DNA of 64,000 bases. Origin: Candidatus Kaiserbacteria bacterium. GTDB lineage: Bacteria; Patescibacteriota; Minisyncoccia; Phycocordibacterales; UBA2100. Of this stretch, positions 16,598-25,957 are shown piece by piece. The stretch is from assembly GCA_016217965.1 (NCBI GenBank), contig JACRFI010000016.1:65837-129836 (forward strand). Direction: 5' to 3'. Position numbers and translations under genes: made by a program. Position 1 is the first letter of the stretch; each line of letters starts with the position of its first letter. Below the pieces are notes generated by a model. It did not search any database. It had not been told where the DNA came from and saw only the letters and a list, made by a program, of their open reading frames with translations.

Positions 16598-17872
16598 ATG
16601 TTTGATTCATTTTTGAGAAAGATCCAGCTTGTCATCGAAGATGAGACGCTCCGGAAACGCGTGTTGTTTGTGCTCGGCGCGCTTGTTGTATTCCGCATTC
16701 TTGCGGCCATCCCGACTCCAGGCATCAATATCGCGGCACTCGACGCGTTCCTTGCGAACAACCAATTTTTCGGCCTCCTCAACATTTTCTCTGGCGGCGG
16801 ATTCTCGAACCTCTCCATTGTGATGCTTGGGGTCGGTCCCTACATCACTGCGTCCATTATCATGCAGCTCATGACCATCCTTTCTCCGAAATTGAAAGCG
16901 CTCTATCAGGAGGAAGGGGACGCGGGAAGGCAGCGGTTCATGCAATATTCGCGCTACCTCACGGTCCCGATGGCGTTCTTTCAGGGATTTGCATTCCTTA
17001 TGCTACTGGAGCAGAACGGCATTGTGCCGCCACTCGATCTGTTGGGCACGGCAACAAACGTGTTCGTCATTGCAGCCGGATCCCTACTCCTCATGTGGAT
17101 TGGAGAATTGATAACCGAATTCGGCGTTGGGAATGGCGTGTCCCTCATCATTTTTGCAGGCATCGTCTCCTCGATTCCAGCTGCTGTCGCGCAGGCCACC
17201 TTTAGCTTTGATATTTCGCAGCTTCCAGCGTACATTGCATTTCTTGCCGCGGCAGTTGCGATCACCGCGGGCGTCGTATTCATTACTGAAGCCGAACGTC
17301 CAGTTCCTGTTACGTACGCGCGTCGTGTGCGGGGGATGAAGGTTCTCGGCGGCATCTCGACGTACCTTCCCCTCCGAGTGAACCAGGCGGGAGTCATTCC
17401 AATAATCTTCGCCCTTTCCCTCATTCTCTTTCCTCAGATGATAGCGACGTTTCTCTCGCGCTCACCGATCGAATGGCTCGCGAGCGGCGCTTCTGCCGCG
17501 GTCACGTTTCTTAGTAACCAATGGGTGTATGGCATCTTGTACTTCTTCCTCGTATTCCTCTTCACGTACTTCTATACGGCAATCACGTTTGAGCCGCACC
17601 AGATAGCAAAGAATCTGCAAAAGAACGGTGCGTTCATACCAGGCGTGCGCCCTGGAATAATGACTGCCGAATACCTTGGCAATATCATTACGCGCATCAC
17701 GCTCGTAGGTGCGCTCTTTCTCGGAATCATCGCGGTTCTCCCAATAATTCTCCAGGGGGTGACTGGACTTACGGCGGTTACAATTGGCGGCACTGCGCTT
17801 CTCATTGTTGTATCAGTCGTTTTGGATCTCGTGAAAAAAATAGACGCACAAACTTCGATCAGGGAATACTGA
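16598..17872 (+). CDS. secY: Preprotein translocase SecY
   Basis: LGVGPYITASIIMQL, GNGVSLIIF, IPGVRPG, GGTALLI. Confidence 0.98.
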   Translation: MFDSFLRKIQLVIEDETLRKRVLFVLGALVVFRILAAIPTPGINIAALDAFLANNQFFGLLNIFSGGGFSNLSIVMLGVGPYITASIIMQLMTILSPKLKALYQEEGDAGRQRFMQYSRYLTVPMAFFQGFAFLMLLEQNGIVPPLDLLGTATNVFVIAAGSLLLMWIGELITEFGVGNGVSLIIFAGIVSSIPAAVAQATFSFDISQLPAYIAFLAAAVAITAGVVFITEAERPVPVTYARRVRGMKVLGGISTYLPLRVNQAGVIPIIFALSLILFPQMIATFLSRSPIEWLASGASAAVTFLSNQWVYGILYFFLVFLFTYFYTAITFEPHQIAKNLQKNGAFIPGVRPGIMTAEYLGNIITRITLVGALFLGIIAVLPIILQGVTGLTAVTIGGTALLIVVSVVLDLVKKIDAQTSIREY

Positions 17873-17879
17873 TCGAAGT

Positions 17880-17965
17880 AAGTATCAAGTACCAGGTATC
17901 AAGTATCAGGACATTTTGATACTTGATACTTATTCACTTGTTTGATACTTGTTACTTGATACTTT
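17880..17965. repeat. 7-nt-period AAGTATC / GATACTT hairpin element
   Basis: aagtatc-aagtacc-aggtatc-aagtatc ... gatactt-gatactt ... gatactt-gttactt-gatactt. Confidence 0.8.
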
Positions 17966-17968
17966 GGT

Positions 17969-18553
17969 ATGTCTAAGCAAGTTGTAGTCCTCGCGGGGCC
18001 ATCGGGAAGCGGAAAGAATGCGGTCATAAGCGCTATCATGGCGCGGCATTCGAATGTTGCCCGGCTTGTGACTGCAACGACGCGAGTAATGAGGCCCGGG
18101 GAACAGGATGGCGTTGATTACCACTTTTTTTCGCAAGAGCAGTTCGATTCTGAAATGAATGCGGGCAAGATTCCCGAACATCGCTTTGTGCCGGCACTTA
18201 ACACATACTACGGAACGTATCTACCAGACCTGGAGAAAAAACTCGCTGAAGGCAAGACACTTTTCGCGCAGGTTGATATTGAAGGCGCGCGCCTCATGAA
18301 AGAGAGATATGGCGCAACAACGATATTCATTATGCCTGAATCGATGGAGCAATTCCGTGGCAGGCTTCGCGCGAGGAATCCGGAGTGGAGTGCAAAAGAA
18401 TTTGAGGAGCGGATGAAAATATCAGAAGAAGAGATACGCATGCATTCTCCGCAATATGATTATCGCGTGGTGAATGCGGATGGCGCGCTGCAGCAAACGG
18501 TCCAGGAGGTAATAGATATTCTTAAAAAAGAAGGGTACAATCTCGGCTCATGA
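17969..18553 (+). CDS. gmk: Guanylate kinase
   Basis: GPSGSGK, TTR.MRPGEQDGVDYHF, YYGT. Confidence 0.95.
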   Translation: MSKQVVVLAGPSGSGKNAVISAIMARHSNVARLVTATTRVMRPGEQDGVDYHFFSQEQFDSEMNAGKIPEHRFVPALNTYYGTYLPDLEKKLAEGKTLFAQVDIEGARLMKERYGATTIFIMPESMEQFRGRLRARNPEWSAKEFEERMKISEEEIRMHSPQYDYRVVNADGALQQTVQEVIDILKKEGYNLGS

Positions 18554-19137
18554 ATCCCATCACCGTTCTTTTCTTTGGTCCACAGGGTTCCGGTAAGGGC
18601 ACGCAGGTAAAATTGCTCATTGATGCCTTGAAAAAGCGTGGTGAGCAGGGTGTCATTCACATTGACATGGGGCAGCTCCTCAGAAATATGGTTGCAAGCG
18701 GCTCGTACAGCGGCACGCTGACCGCAGAAGTTATCGAGGTAGGGAAGTTGATGCCAGATTTCATGCCTATCTATCTCACAACGGATGCTCTAGTGCGGCA
18801 ATTCACGGGAAGCGAACACATCATCGCAGATGGGCTCGCACGGCGTCCTGACCAAAGCCGCGCGTGGGACGATGCGATGCAATTCTATAAACGTGAGGAT
18901 TATAAAATTATCGCGCTAGAATTGTCCGAAGAGGAAAGCATCAAACGCCTCCTTCTAAGAGGGCGCAATGACGACACGGAAGAAGCGATACGAAAGCGGC
19001 TAGGTTGGCATAAGACGGAGGTTGAGCCGCAGCTTGAAATGCTTGCCTCTCGGGGGCGCACAGTGTTCCGCATAGACGGCTCTCCCTCTATGGAAGATGT
19101 GCACAAAAAAGTTATCGAGTGCCTTGGAATAAAATAA
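18550..19137 (+). CDS. adk: Adenylate kinase family NMP kinase (short LID)
   Basis: GPQGSGKGTQ, RGRNDDTEEAIRKRL; secY-map synteny. Confidence 0.85.
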   Translation: MNPITVLFFGPQGSGKGTQVKLLIDALKKRGEQGVIHIDMGQLLRNMVASGSYSGTLTAEVIEVGKLMPDFMPIYLTTDALVRQFTGSEHIIADGLARRPDQSRAWDDAMQFYKREDYKIIALELSEEESIKRLLLRGRNDDTEEAIRKRLGWHKTEVEPQLEMLASRGRTVFRIDGSPSMEDVHKKVIECLGIK

Positions 19138-19141
19138 TCTG

Positions 19142-19918
19142 ATGATTGCGAGAAATAGCAGCGAAATAGAGGCGCTCCGCGAAGGCGGTAGGCGTCTCGC
19201 GCAACACTTACAAACACTCGCAGCCATCGTGAGGCCGGGAGTCTCGGTGAAGGATCTTGAGAAAAAAGCGCTCGAACTCGTACGAGCTGACGGAGACAGC
19301 CCCGCATTTCTTGATTACGAATATGGGAAAGATAAGAATCCATTTGCCTCTGCCTTAAGTGTTTCGATAAACGATACGATAGTCCATGCTCCTGCTGGTG
19401 TAAGTAGCGAGGTCATACAAGACGGCGATGTTGTCTCACTCGATTTTGGTATCGTCCATGATGGTTTCTATACCGACCACGCGGTCACGATTATTGCAGG
19501 AGAAAATCGCGATCCTGAGGACGAGAAATTAGTGCAAGCAACATATGAGGCGCTAGAGGCGGGCATTGCGGCAGCAAAGGTGGGCGGCAACACAGGCGAC
19601 ATTGGGCATGCAATCGAACGTGTGGCAAAAAAATATAAGCTCGGATTCCCTCGAAATTTAAGCGGACACGGTGTCGGGCGTACCGTTCACGAAGAGCCTC
19701 ACATTCCTAATTACGGCATGCCGGGAGAGGGAGACACTCTCGTTGAGGGGCACATCATCGCAATCGAGCCGATGTTCACACGCGGTTCCGGGGAGTTGCG
19801 TGTCGATGCCGGGAGAGATGGACATGCGTATCGAACCAAGGACAAAAGCCGAACCGCACACGCCGAGCACACAGTGCTTGTCACAAAAAGCGGGCCAGAA
19901 ATACTTACGAAAGTGTAA
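19142..19918 (+). CDS. map: Methionine aminopeptidase type I
   Basis: GHGVG..HEEP, AIEPM, AHAEHTV. Confidence 0.96.
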   Translation: MIARNSSEIEALREGGRRLAQHLQTLAAIVRPGVSVKDLEKKALELVRADGDSPAFLDYEYGKDKNPFASALSVSINDTIVHAPAGVSSEVIQDGDVVSLDFGIVHDGFYTDHAVTIIAGENRDPEDEKLVQATYEALEAGIAAAKVGGNTGDIGHAIERVAKKYKLGFPRNLSGHGVGRTVHEEPHIPNYGMPGEGDTLVEGHIIAIEPMFTRGSGELRVDAGRDGHAYRTKDKSRTAHAEHTVLVTKSGPEILTKV

Positions 19919-19930
19919 TACAATGCCGAA

Positions 19931-21211
19931 ATGGCAGTGGATGTACTAGTTGTCGGCGCATATCCAAGGGAGCACGCGATTGCATGGAAGCTGAAGCAGT
20001 CTCCTCGTGTCGGAAAGATATACATTGCGCCAGGAAATGGGGGTACGGATAACGTCGGGCAAACGGTTCCCATTGGTGTGATGGAATTTGAGAAGTTGGC
20101 AGATTTTGCTGTCGAAAAAAAGATTGGGTTTACCGTGGCAGGCTCGGACGATCCTATCGTAGGAGGCATCGGCGACGTGTTCAGGGCGCGGGGGCTGAAG
20201 ATATGGAGTCCATCGAAAGTCGCCGCGCAACTCGAAGGCTCCAAAGCATTTGCGAAGGAAGTCATGCGGGAAGCAGGCGTTCCGACGGCTGAGTTTAAAG
20301 TATTTACCGAATACGAAAAAGCTGTCTCTTATGTTCGCGCTAAGGGCGCGCCGATTGTCGTAAAGGCGAGTGGGCTCGCACTAGGAAAAGGCGTCATGGT
20401 TTGCCAAACTCTGGAGGAAGCAGAAAGTTTTCTGAACGACGTAATGGTAAAAAAGATATTCAAAGATTCAGGAAATGAGGTCGTTATCGAAGAGTTTCTC
20501 GAAGGACCAGAAATTTCTATCCATGCGCTTTCTGACGGAAAAGACTTCTTGATATTTCCAACATCGCAAGACCATAAGCGCTCAGGCGACGGGAATACAG
20601 GGAAAAATACTGGAGGTATGGGCGTAATTGCGCCGCTTCCTTGGGTAACTGATGCTCAGATTGAAGACATACGTCAGCGTATCGTTGCCCCGACTATTCT
20701 GCGGATGTCAGATAGGGGCACGCCTTTCCAAGGACTTCTGTATCCCGGACTCATGATGACGAAAAATGGGGCGAAGGTCATTGAGTTCAATGCTCGATTC
20801 GGTTGTCCTGAGGCGGAGGTATATATGCGGCTTATGAAAAGCGACCTTCTTGATCTTCTGGAGGCGAGCGAGGGCGGCACCATCCTCTCGCAAAAACTCG
20901 AGTGGCATTCTGGGTTTGCTGCAACGGTCATAGTTGCATCAGGCGGCTACCCAGATGACTATAAAAAAGGACTACCAATTACTGGTATTGACGAAGCAGA
21001 GAAAGTCCCAGGCGTTGTAGTATTTCATGCAGGAACCAAAAAAGAAAATGGGCTGTTGGTTACAAGCGGCGGGCGAGTGTTAAGTGTTTCTGGCGTTGGC
21101 GCGACGCTGAGCGAGGCGCTCGATAAAGCATATGAAGGCATCAGCAAGATCCATTTCGACGGAATGTACTTCCGTCGCGACATCGGCGCGAGAACGCTCG
21201 AGATGAGATGA
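19931..21211 (+). CDS. purD: Phosphoribosylamine-glycine ligase
   Basis: REHAIAW, APGNGG, LEGSKAFAK, QDHKR...NTGGMG, EFNARFG. Confidence 0.95.
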   Translation: MAVDVLVVGAYPREHAIAWKLKQSPRVGKIYIAPGNGGTDNVGQTVPIGVMEFEKLADFAVEKKIGFTVAGSDDPIVGGIGDVFRARGLKIWSPSKVAAQLEGSKAFAKEVMREAGVPTAEFKVFTEYEKAVSYVRAKGAPIVVKASGLALGKGVMVCQTLEEAESFLNDVMVKKIFKDSGNEVVIEEFLEGPEISIHALSDGKDFLIFPTSQDHKRSGDGNTGKNTGGMGVIAPLPWVTDAQIEDIRQRIVAPTILRMSDRGTPFQGLLYPGLMMTKNGAKVIEFNARFGCPEAEVYMRLMKSDLLDLLEASEGGTILSQKLEWHSGFAATVIVASGGYPDDYKKGLPITGIDEAEKVPGVVVFHAGTKKENGLLVTSGGRVLSVSGVGATLSEALDKAYEGISKIHFDGMYFRRDIGARTLEMR

Positions 21212-21223
21212 TATAATCCCGAG

Positions 21224-24049
21224 ATGCCTCCTCGCTCTGCGATGGGAGAGCGGCTGCATACCACCGCTTCCCAAGGGAAATTTAAGACTCCTGAAGAGGA
21301 GTTAGCCTATTTGCGCGATAGGGTAAAACAAAAAGAGGAAGAGTTGGAGACAGCGGGCAACAAATTAGAGCAAGAACGCATCGCAAAACGTGAGATAGCT
21401 GAATATGCGGCAACGCCTGCCGCGACCGTACTCCATGAAGCAGTGGTTCTTCCGGAACATGAAGCAATGCGTCAAGCTCTGCAACTCGAGCCTGAGACGC
21501 ATGATGCCCAGATAGACGAGCTTCTCAAGATCGTGCAGCTGCACGGCATCCGTAACGCACTTACGGTCGTTGCAAAAATGAAGAGCCCACACCTTGAGGA
21601 CGATTTGCATCGTGCGCTCGTCCGGTACATTGCGCAGGGCCTGCCGCAGCATGGCGCGAAACCAGCGGAAAAAATGATGCGCTCTCTTAAGATGGTGCTC
21701 TTTGAGATACAGCCTCAGGCACATAGTGAGGGTTCCAAGGAGACAGAACAGCAGCAAAAGCTTGAACAGATCCTCTCCTCATCCGAACAGCTCTACGCCG
21801 GCCTGCTTCCCTTGATAAGCAAGCATGAAGGTTTTTCGCTTGAACTTGCGGTGGGCGAGGGCACGGAAGAGGCATCGCTCTATCTTGCGGTACCGCGTGC
21901 ACGCCAGGCGCTTGCAGAGCGGTTGATGTCGTCTGTCTTCCCAAACGCGAAAATAACGGAATGCCGCGGTGATTACAACATTTTCAATTACGAGGGCTCG
22001 CATGTCGGCGCATACGCTGCGTTCACGCAGCATCCGGCATGGCCTCTCAAAACTCCGGAGATGTTCGAGCATGACCCGATGAACGTGACGCTCGCGGCAT
22101 TTGCGAAGATAGCAAAACATGGTGAAGGCGCGGCGCTCCAAATTGTGGTTGGCAACGACGGCGATCGGTACAACGAGCACTACAAACGCATCATCAGAAA
22201 ATTGGAGAAAGGGAAGATGATACACAAAGCGCTCAAAACGCCGGAAAGCCACTTTCTTGACCAAGTGAAGGAATTGGCTGAAATGACATTTAAATCTGAG
22301 AAACAGTTGCAACATGAAAAGGACAGCACATATCGCCGCAATCCAGACCAGGTTGCGAACGAAGAGATAGGGAGAAAGATTAAAAGCCGTATTACGCCGA
22401 CCATCATTCGGATTGTTGCATCTGCGCCGAACGCGGAAAGAGCGAAGGAGCTCATCCAGAACCTCGAAGCGCCATTCAAGCAATTCGATGATCCGCGAGG
22501 CAACGGGCTTAAATTCAAGACGGTCTCGTCATGGAATCTTTCTGGATTCCTCCGCGATTTCACTTTTCGCTCGTTCGATGCGTCGTATTCCATCCCGCTT
22601 TCGCTCTCGGAGATCACGGCGATATTCCACTTCACCGCGCAGCGCGTCACCACATCCAGAGAATTGAAGAAATCATACGCGAAGCAGGCCCCTTCGCCCG
22701 TCGAGATGCCGGAGGACGGCATTGTCGTCGGTATAAACCACTATGGCGCCGAGGAGAAAGAGGTGAAATTCGGCCAACAAGATCGCCTCCGCCATTGCTA
22801 CGTGATAGGGCAGACCGGTACCGGTAAAACGTCGCTTCTCAAGAACATGATCCTGCAGGACATGAAAAATGGCGATGGCGTCGCCTATATTGATCCGCAT
22901 GGCACTGACATTGAGGATATTCTTGCCTCCGTCCCTCCTGAGAGGATGAAGGACGTGATCTACTTCGATCCTGCATATACTCCTCGCCCGATGGGCCTCA
23001 ACATGCTCGAGTACGACCGTTCGAAACCTGAGATGAAGACGTTCGTTGTCGATGAAGTGTATGGGATATTTAGGAAATTGTATGCCGATGTTCCCGAAGC
23101 GTTCGGCCCGATGTTCGAGCAATACTACCGCAACGCCGTGCAGCTTGTAGTTGAAGATCCAGACTCTGGTTCGACCTTTCTTGAGATACCGCGCATTTTT
23201 GCTGACCCAGCTTTCAGAAATCTGAAGCTCGCACGGTGCCCGAACCCTGTCATCATCCAATTCTGGAGAGGCATCGCGGAAAAAGCTGGTGGAGACCCAT
23301 CACTTGAGAATGTCGCGCCGTACATCACATCGAAATTCGATGTGTTCCTCGCGAACGACATCATGCGCCCGATTGTTGCGCAGGAAAAAAGTGCATTTGA
23401 TTTCCGGGAGATTCTAGACGGCAAAAAAATATTTCTCGCGAACTTGTCCAAGGGACGGTTGGGGGACAGGAACACATCGCTTCTTGGCCTTGTTCTCGTT
23501 TCGAAATTTTTGCAGGCGGCATTCTCCCGCGTCGACATGCGCACGGCGGATCTGCCGACCTTCTACCTCTACATCGACGAATTCCAGAACTTCGCGACGC
23601 CATCAATCGGCACCATCCTTTCTGAGGCTCGAAAATATAAGTTGTCGCTCACCATCGCGCACCAATTCATTGCGCAGCTTGAAGAGAAGATTCGTGACGC
23701 AGTCATCGGTAACGTGGGTACGAAAATGGTATTCCGCATCGGTACGACCGACGCTGAATTCCTCGAGAAACAGTTCCACCCGGTTTTTACACGCAATGAC
23801 CTTGAGAACCAGCAGAATTACCATGCGAGCGTTGCGCTCCTGGTGAATGGTGTCCCTGCGCGCCCATTCACTATCAAGACCGTTAAAATGCCACCAATCG
23901 ACTACAGCCGCGTCGAAGAGTTAAAGAATCTTTCCTACAGCACGTATGGGCGAGACAGGCAGGGAGTGGAAGACGAGATAAAAAAGAAATATGCGGCAGA
24001 CCAACCCGCGGATCCATATGCGCCTGATCCGTTGATGCCGTCGTACTAG
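21224..24049 (+). CDS. VirD4/TrwB-like (HerA/FtsK superfamily) coupling-protein ATPase
   Basis: Walker A GQTGTGKT, IDPHG, YIDEFQNF, SEARKY.L.L..AHQ, GNVGT. Confidence 0.85.
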   Translation: MPPRSAMGERLHTTASQGKFKTPEEELAYLRDRVKQKEEELETAGNKLEQERIAKREIAEYAATPAATVLHEAVVLPEHEAMRQALQLEPETHDAQIDELLKIVQLHGIRNALTVVAKMKSPHLEDDLHRALVRYIAQGLPQHGAKPAEKMMRSLKMVLFEIQPQAHSEGSKETEQQQKLEQILSSSEQLYAGLLPLISKHEGFSLELAVGEGTEEASLYLAVPRARQALAERLMSSVFPNAKITECRGDYNIFNYEGSHVGAYAAFTQHPAWPLKTPEMFEHDPMNVTLAAFAKIAKHGEGAALQIVVGNDGDRYNEHYKRIIRKLEKGKMIHKALKTPESHFLDQVKELAEMTFKSEKQLQHEKDSTYRRNPDQVANEEIGRKIKSRITPTIIRIVASAPNAERAKELIQNLEAPFKQFDDPRGNGLKFKTVSSWNLSGFLRDFTFRSFDASYSIPLSLSEITAIFHFTAQRVTTSRELKKSYAKQAPSPVEMPEDGIVVGINHYGAEEKEVKFGQQDRLRHCYVIGQTGTGKTSLLKNMILQDMKNGDGVAYIDPHGTDIEDILASVPPERMKDVIYFDPAYTPRPMGLNMLEYDRSKPEMKTFVVDEVYGIFRKLYADVPEAFGPMFEQYYRNAVQLVVEDPDSGSTFLEIPRIFADPAFRNLKLARCPNPVIIQFWRGIAEKAGGDPSLENVAPYITSKFDVFLANDIMRPIVAQEKSAFDFREILDGKKIFLANLSKGRLGDRNTSLLGLVLVSKFLQAAFSRVDMRTADLPTFYLYIDEFQNFATPSIGTILSEARKYKLSLTIAHQFIAQLEEKIRDAVIGNVGTKMVFRIGTTDAEFLEKQFHPVFTRNDLENQQNYHASVALLVNGVPARPFTIKTVKMPPIDYSRVEELKNLSYSTYGRDRQGVEDEIKKKYAADQPADPYAPDPLMPSY

Positions 24050-24112
24050 CTAGACTCTTCGCGACATGCAGTATATGATGCTGCGCATCGTAAGGACGTA
24101 AGATCATTTTTT

Positions 24113-24724
24113 ATGCCAGCTGACCATCACAGCAAAGAACGCACGCTTGTTGTTATAAAACCTGACGGTGTGCAGCGCTCGCTTATCGGCGAGATAATAA
24201 AACGATTCGAGGGAACGGGCCTGAAGCTTGTTGGGATGAAGATGCTTGTGCCGAGCGCTGCACACATTGAGGCGCACTATACGCTCGACCCGAATTGGCG
24301 CCGAGTGACAGGGGAAAAAACAATCAAGGGATACCAAGACAAAGGAATGACACCGCCCTCGACAGATCCACTAGAAATTACGGCGAAGATCTTGGCAAAT
24401 TTGAAAAAATACCTCTCATCCGGGCCTGTCATAGCGATGGTGTGGCAAGGAGCCCACTCGGTGAAGATCGTACGGAAGGTAACGGGGGGCACAGAGCCTC
24501 TCACATCCGACGTCGGCTCCATTCGTGGTGATTTTGTCCTCGATTCGTACCAAATGGCAGACGAAGATGGCCGCGCTGTCCGAAACCTTGTGCACGCATC
24601 GGGTTCAGTGGATGAGGCGAACCTGGAAATATCGCACTGGTTCAAGTCCGACGAGCTCACTAACTACCGCGTCATTCATGAAGAGATTTTGTACGACGTG
24701 AATCTTGACGGGATTTTGGAATAG
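24113..24724 (+). CDS. ndk: Nucleoside-diphosphate kinase
   Basis: ERTLVVIKPDGVQR, GSIRGDF, RNLVHASGS. Confidence 0.95.
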   Translation: MPADHHSKERTLVVIKPDGVQRSLIGEIIKRFEGTGLKLVGMKMLVPSAAHIEAHYTLDPNWRRVTGEKTIKGYQDKGMTPPSTDPLEITAKILANLKKYLSSGPVIAMVWQGAHSVKIVRKVTGGTEPLTSDVGSIRGDFVLDSYQMADEDGRAVRNLVHASGSVDEANLEISHWFKSDELTNYRVIHEEILYDVNLDGILE

Positions 24725-24849
24725 CGCGCGAGTTGTTATAGTCTCTAAATGATTAGTGAGTCTCCAAGGTCGGTAGTACCTGTTGGCGGTCAAGCTGGAG
24801 GCGAAGATTCTGTTGAAGTCTCGACAGTTAATCTTAGGGAGCGTTCAAA

Positions 24850-25728
24850 ATGGTCAGAGTAATTAGGGCGGGCATTATTTATATGTCAGAAGATTTTAGT
24901 TTTAAAAAACTCCCAAAGCTCGTCTCGGCAGATCCATCTCAATCTTCTGTAGTTCCTCAGTCAGGAATGGAACAAGGAGCATCGAGGCTCATCAAAGATG
25001 AGGCTGATCATACTTTTCATGAGATTGAAAATCACAGCGCGGGTCAAATGTTATGTGTGCGCCTTTTGAAGGGGGTGATAAATGTGTCGGATGTTGTGCG
25101 AACGCGAGTGCGGCGTTTCGGTGTTTTTTACGGGGACACTTTTGCATCATATGGCATGCCTATTGAAAAAATTGCTAAAGAAACTTCTAGTGACGAAAGA
25201 AGGGCGGATGAAGAAATTCTCAGGATTATTTTCAAGGATCCCGATAAAGGAGCTAAGTATGGCCCAGAGAATAATAATATTAAAATTGATTCGAGCGGCA
25301 AAGCCGCATATTTTGATTTTGAATTCTTTGCAGCATTTTTTATGTATCCTCGCATAAGGAACAGAGAAGATCGCTTTGTAAAACGACTTCTCGAGTTGGG
25401 TTTCGATAACGGATTAAGAGAACTCGACAGGAAACCCTCGGTTATATATGTTGAATTATCTCGCCTTTCGCGACAAGCGCTTGATATTCTGATTGATAAG
25501 TTGCGACGCTTGAAGAAGGCATATGAGGATGATAACGGGCAATTCGTGCGAGATGTAATAATCTCGCTCCCAGTGCCCTTACGCGAGGCTATATATTTTC
25601 CTGAAGACCTCTTGCAAAAAAGTGATGTCGAACTTGCGAACGAGTTTCTCGCGCTTCTTACTCACCGTGTAGATGAGATGCTTGATATTGCCATAACCGT
25701 TCGCAACGAACGAAATCTGACAAAATAG
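24850..25728 (+). CDS. Hypothetical protein, possibly atypical (HipA/PI3K-like) kinase fold; start uncertain, possible 5' frameshift
   Basis: IIFKDPDK...NNNIKI....AAYFDFE resembles the D.D..N / DF catalytic pair; AT-richer than flanks. Confidence 0.5.
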   Translation: MVRVIRAGIIYMSEDFSFKKLPKLVSADPSQSSVVPQSGMEQGASRLIKDEADHTFHEIENHSAGQMLCVRLLKGVINVSDVVRTRVRRFGVFYGDTFASYGMPIEKIAKETSSDERRADEEILRIIFKDPDKGAKYGPENNNIKIDSSGKAAYFDFEFFAAFFMYPRIRNREDRFVKRLLELGFDNGLRELDRKPSVIYVELSRLSRQALDILIDKLRRLKKAYEDDNGQFVRDVIISLPVPLREAIYFPEDLLQKSDVELANEFLALLTHRVDEMLDIAITVRNERNLTK

Positions 25729-25769
25729 ATTTATCTTCATTTGTGTTTCTTGTAGGGATGTTATAGTCA

Positions 25770-25891
25770 GGCGAGCGGCTGGTACTAAAACCTGCTTGGT
25801 ATTTCTCCGGGATTCCTACATCGCTGTGACCCTTGGGTTACATGCTGCGGAAACCCACCTGGACTTCAAGCCCAGGCTTGCCGTACTCGCC
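25770..25891 (+). ncRNA. Candidate 6S-like rod-shaped small RNA
   Basis: TG-n-TATAGT just upstream; ends pair (GGCGAG-CGGC / GCCG-ta-CTCGCC); successive stems CCTG/CAGG, CTTG/CAAG, TCCGGG/CCTGGA; hairpin follows. Confidence 0.5.
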
Positions 25892-25900
25892 GCACCCGTC

Positions 25901-25924
25901 GCACCCACCGCAAAGGTGGGTGTT
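25901..25924 (+). terminator. Hairpin after candidate sRNA
   Basis: gcacccacc-gcaaa-ggtgggtgt. Confidence 0.55.
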
Positions 25925-25957
25925 GTGGTTTAGGCATATTTTGGCAATACTTGCGAT

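Noticed and set aside
7803-17965. Possible CRISPR arrays in the repeated spacers
   Set aside because: Units are 7 nt with no unique spacers and no cas genes.
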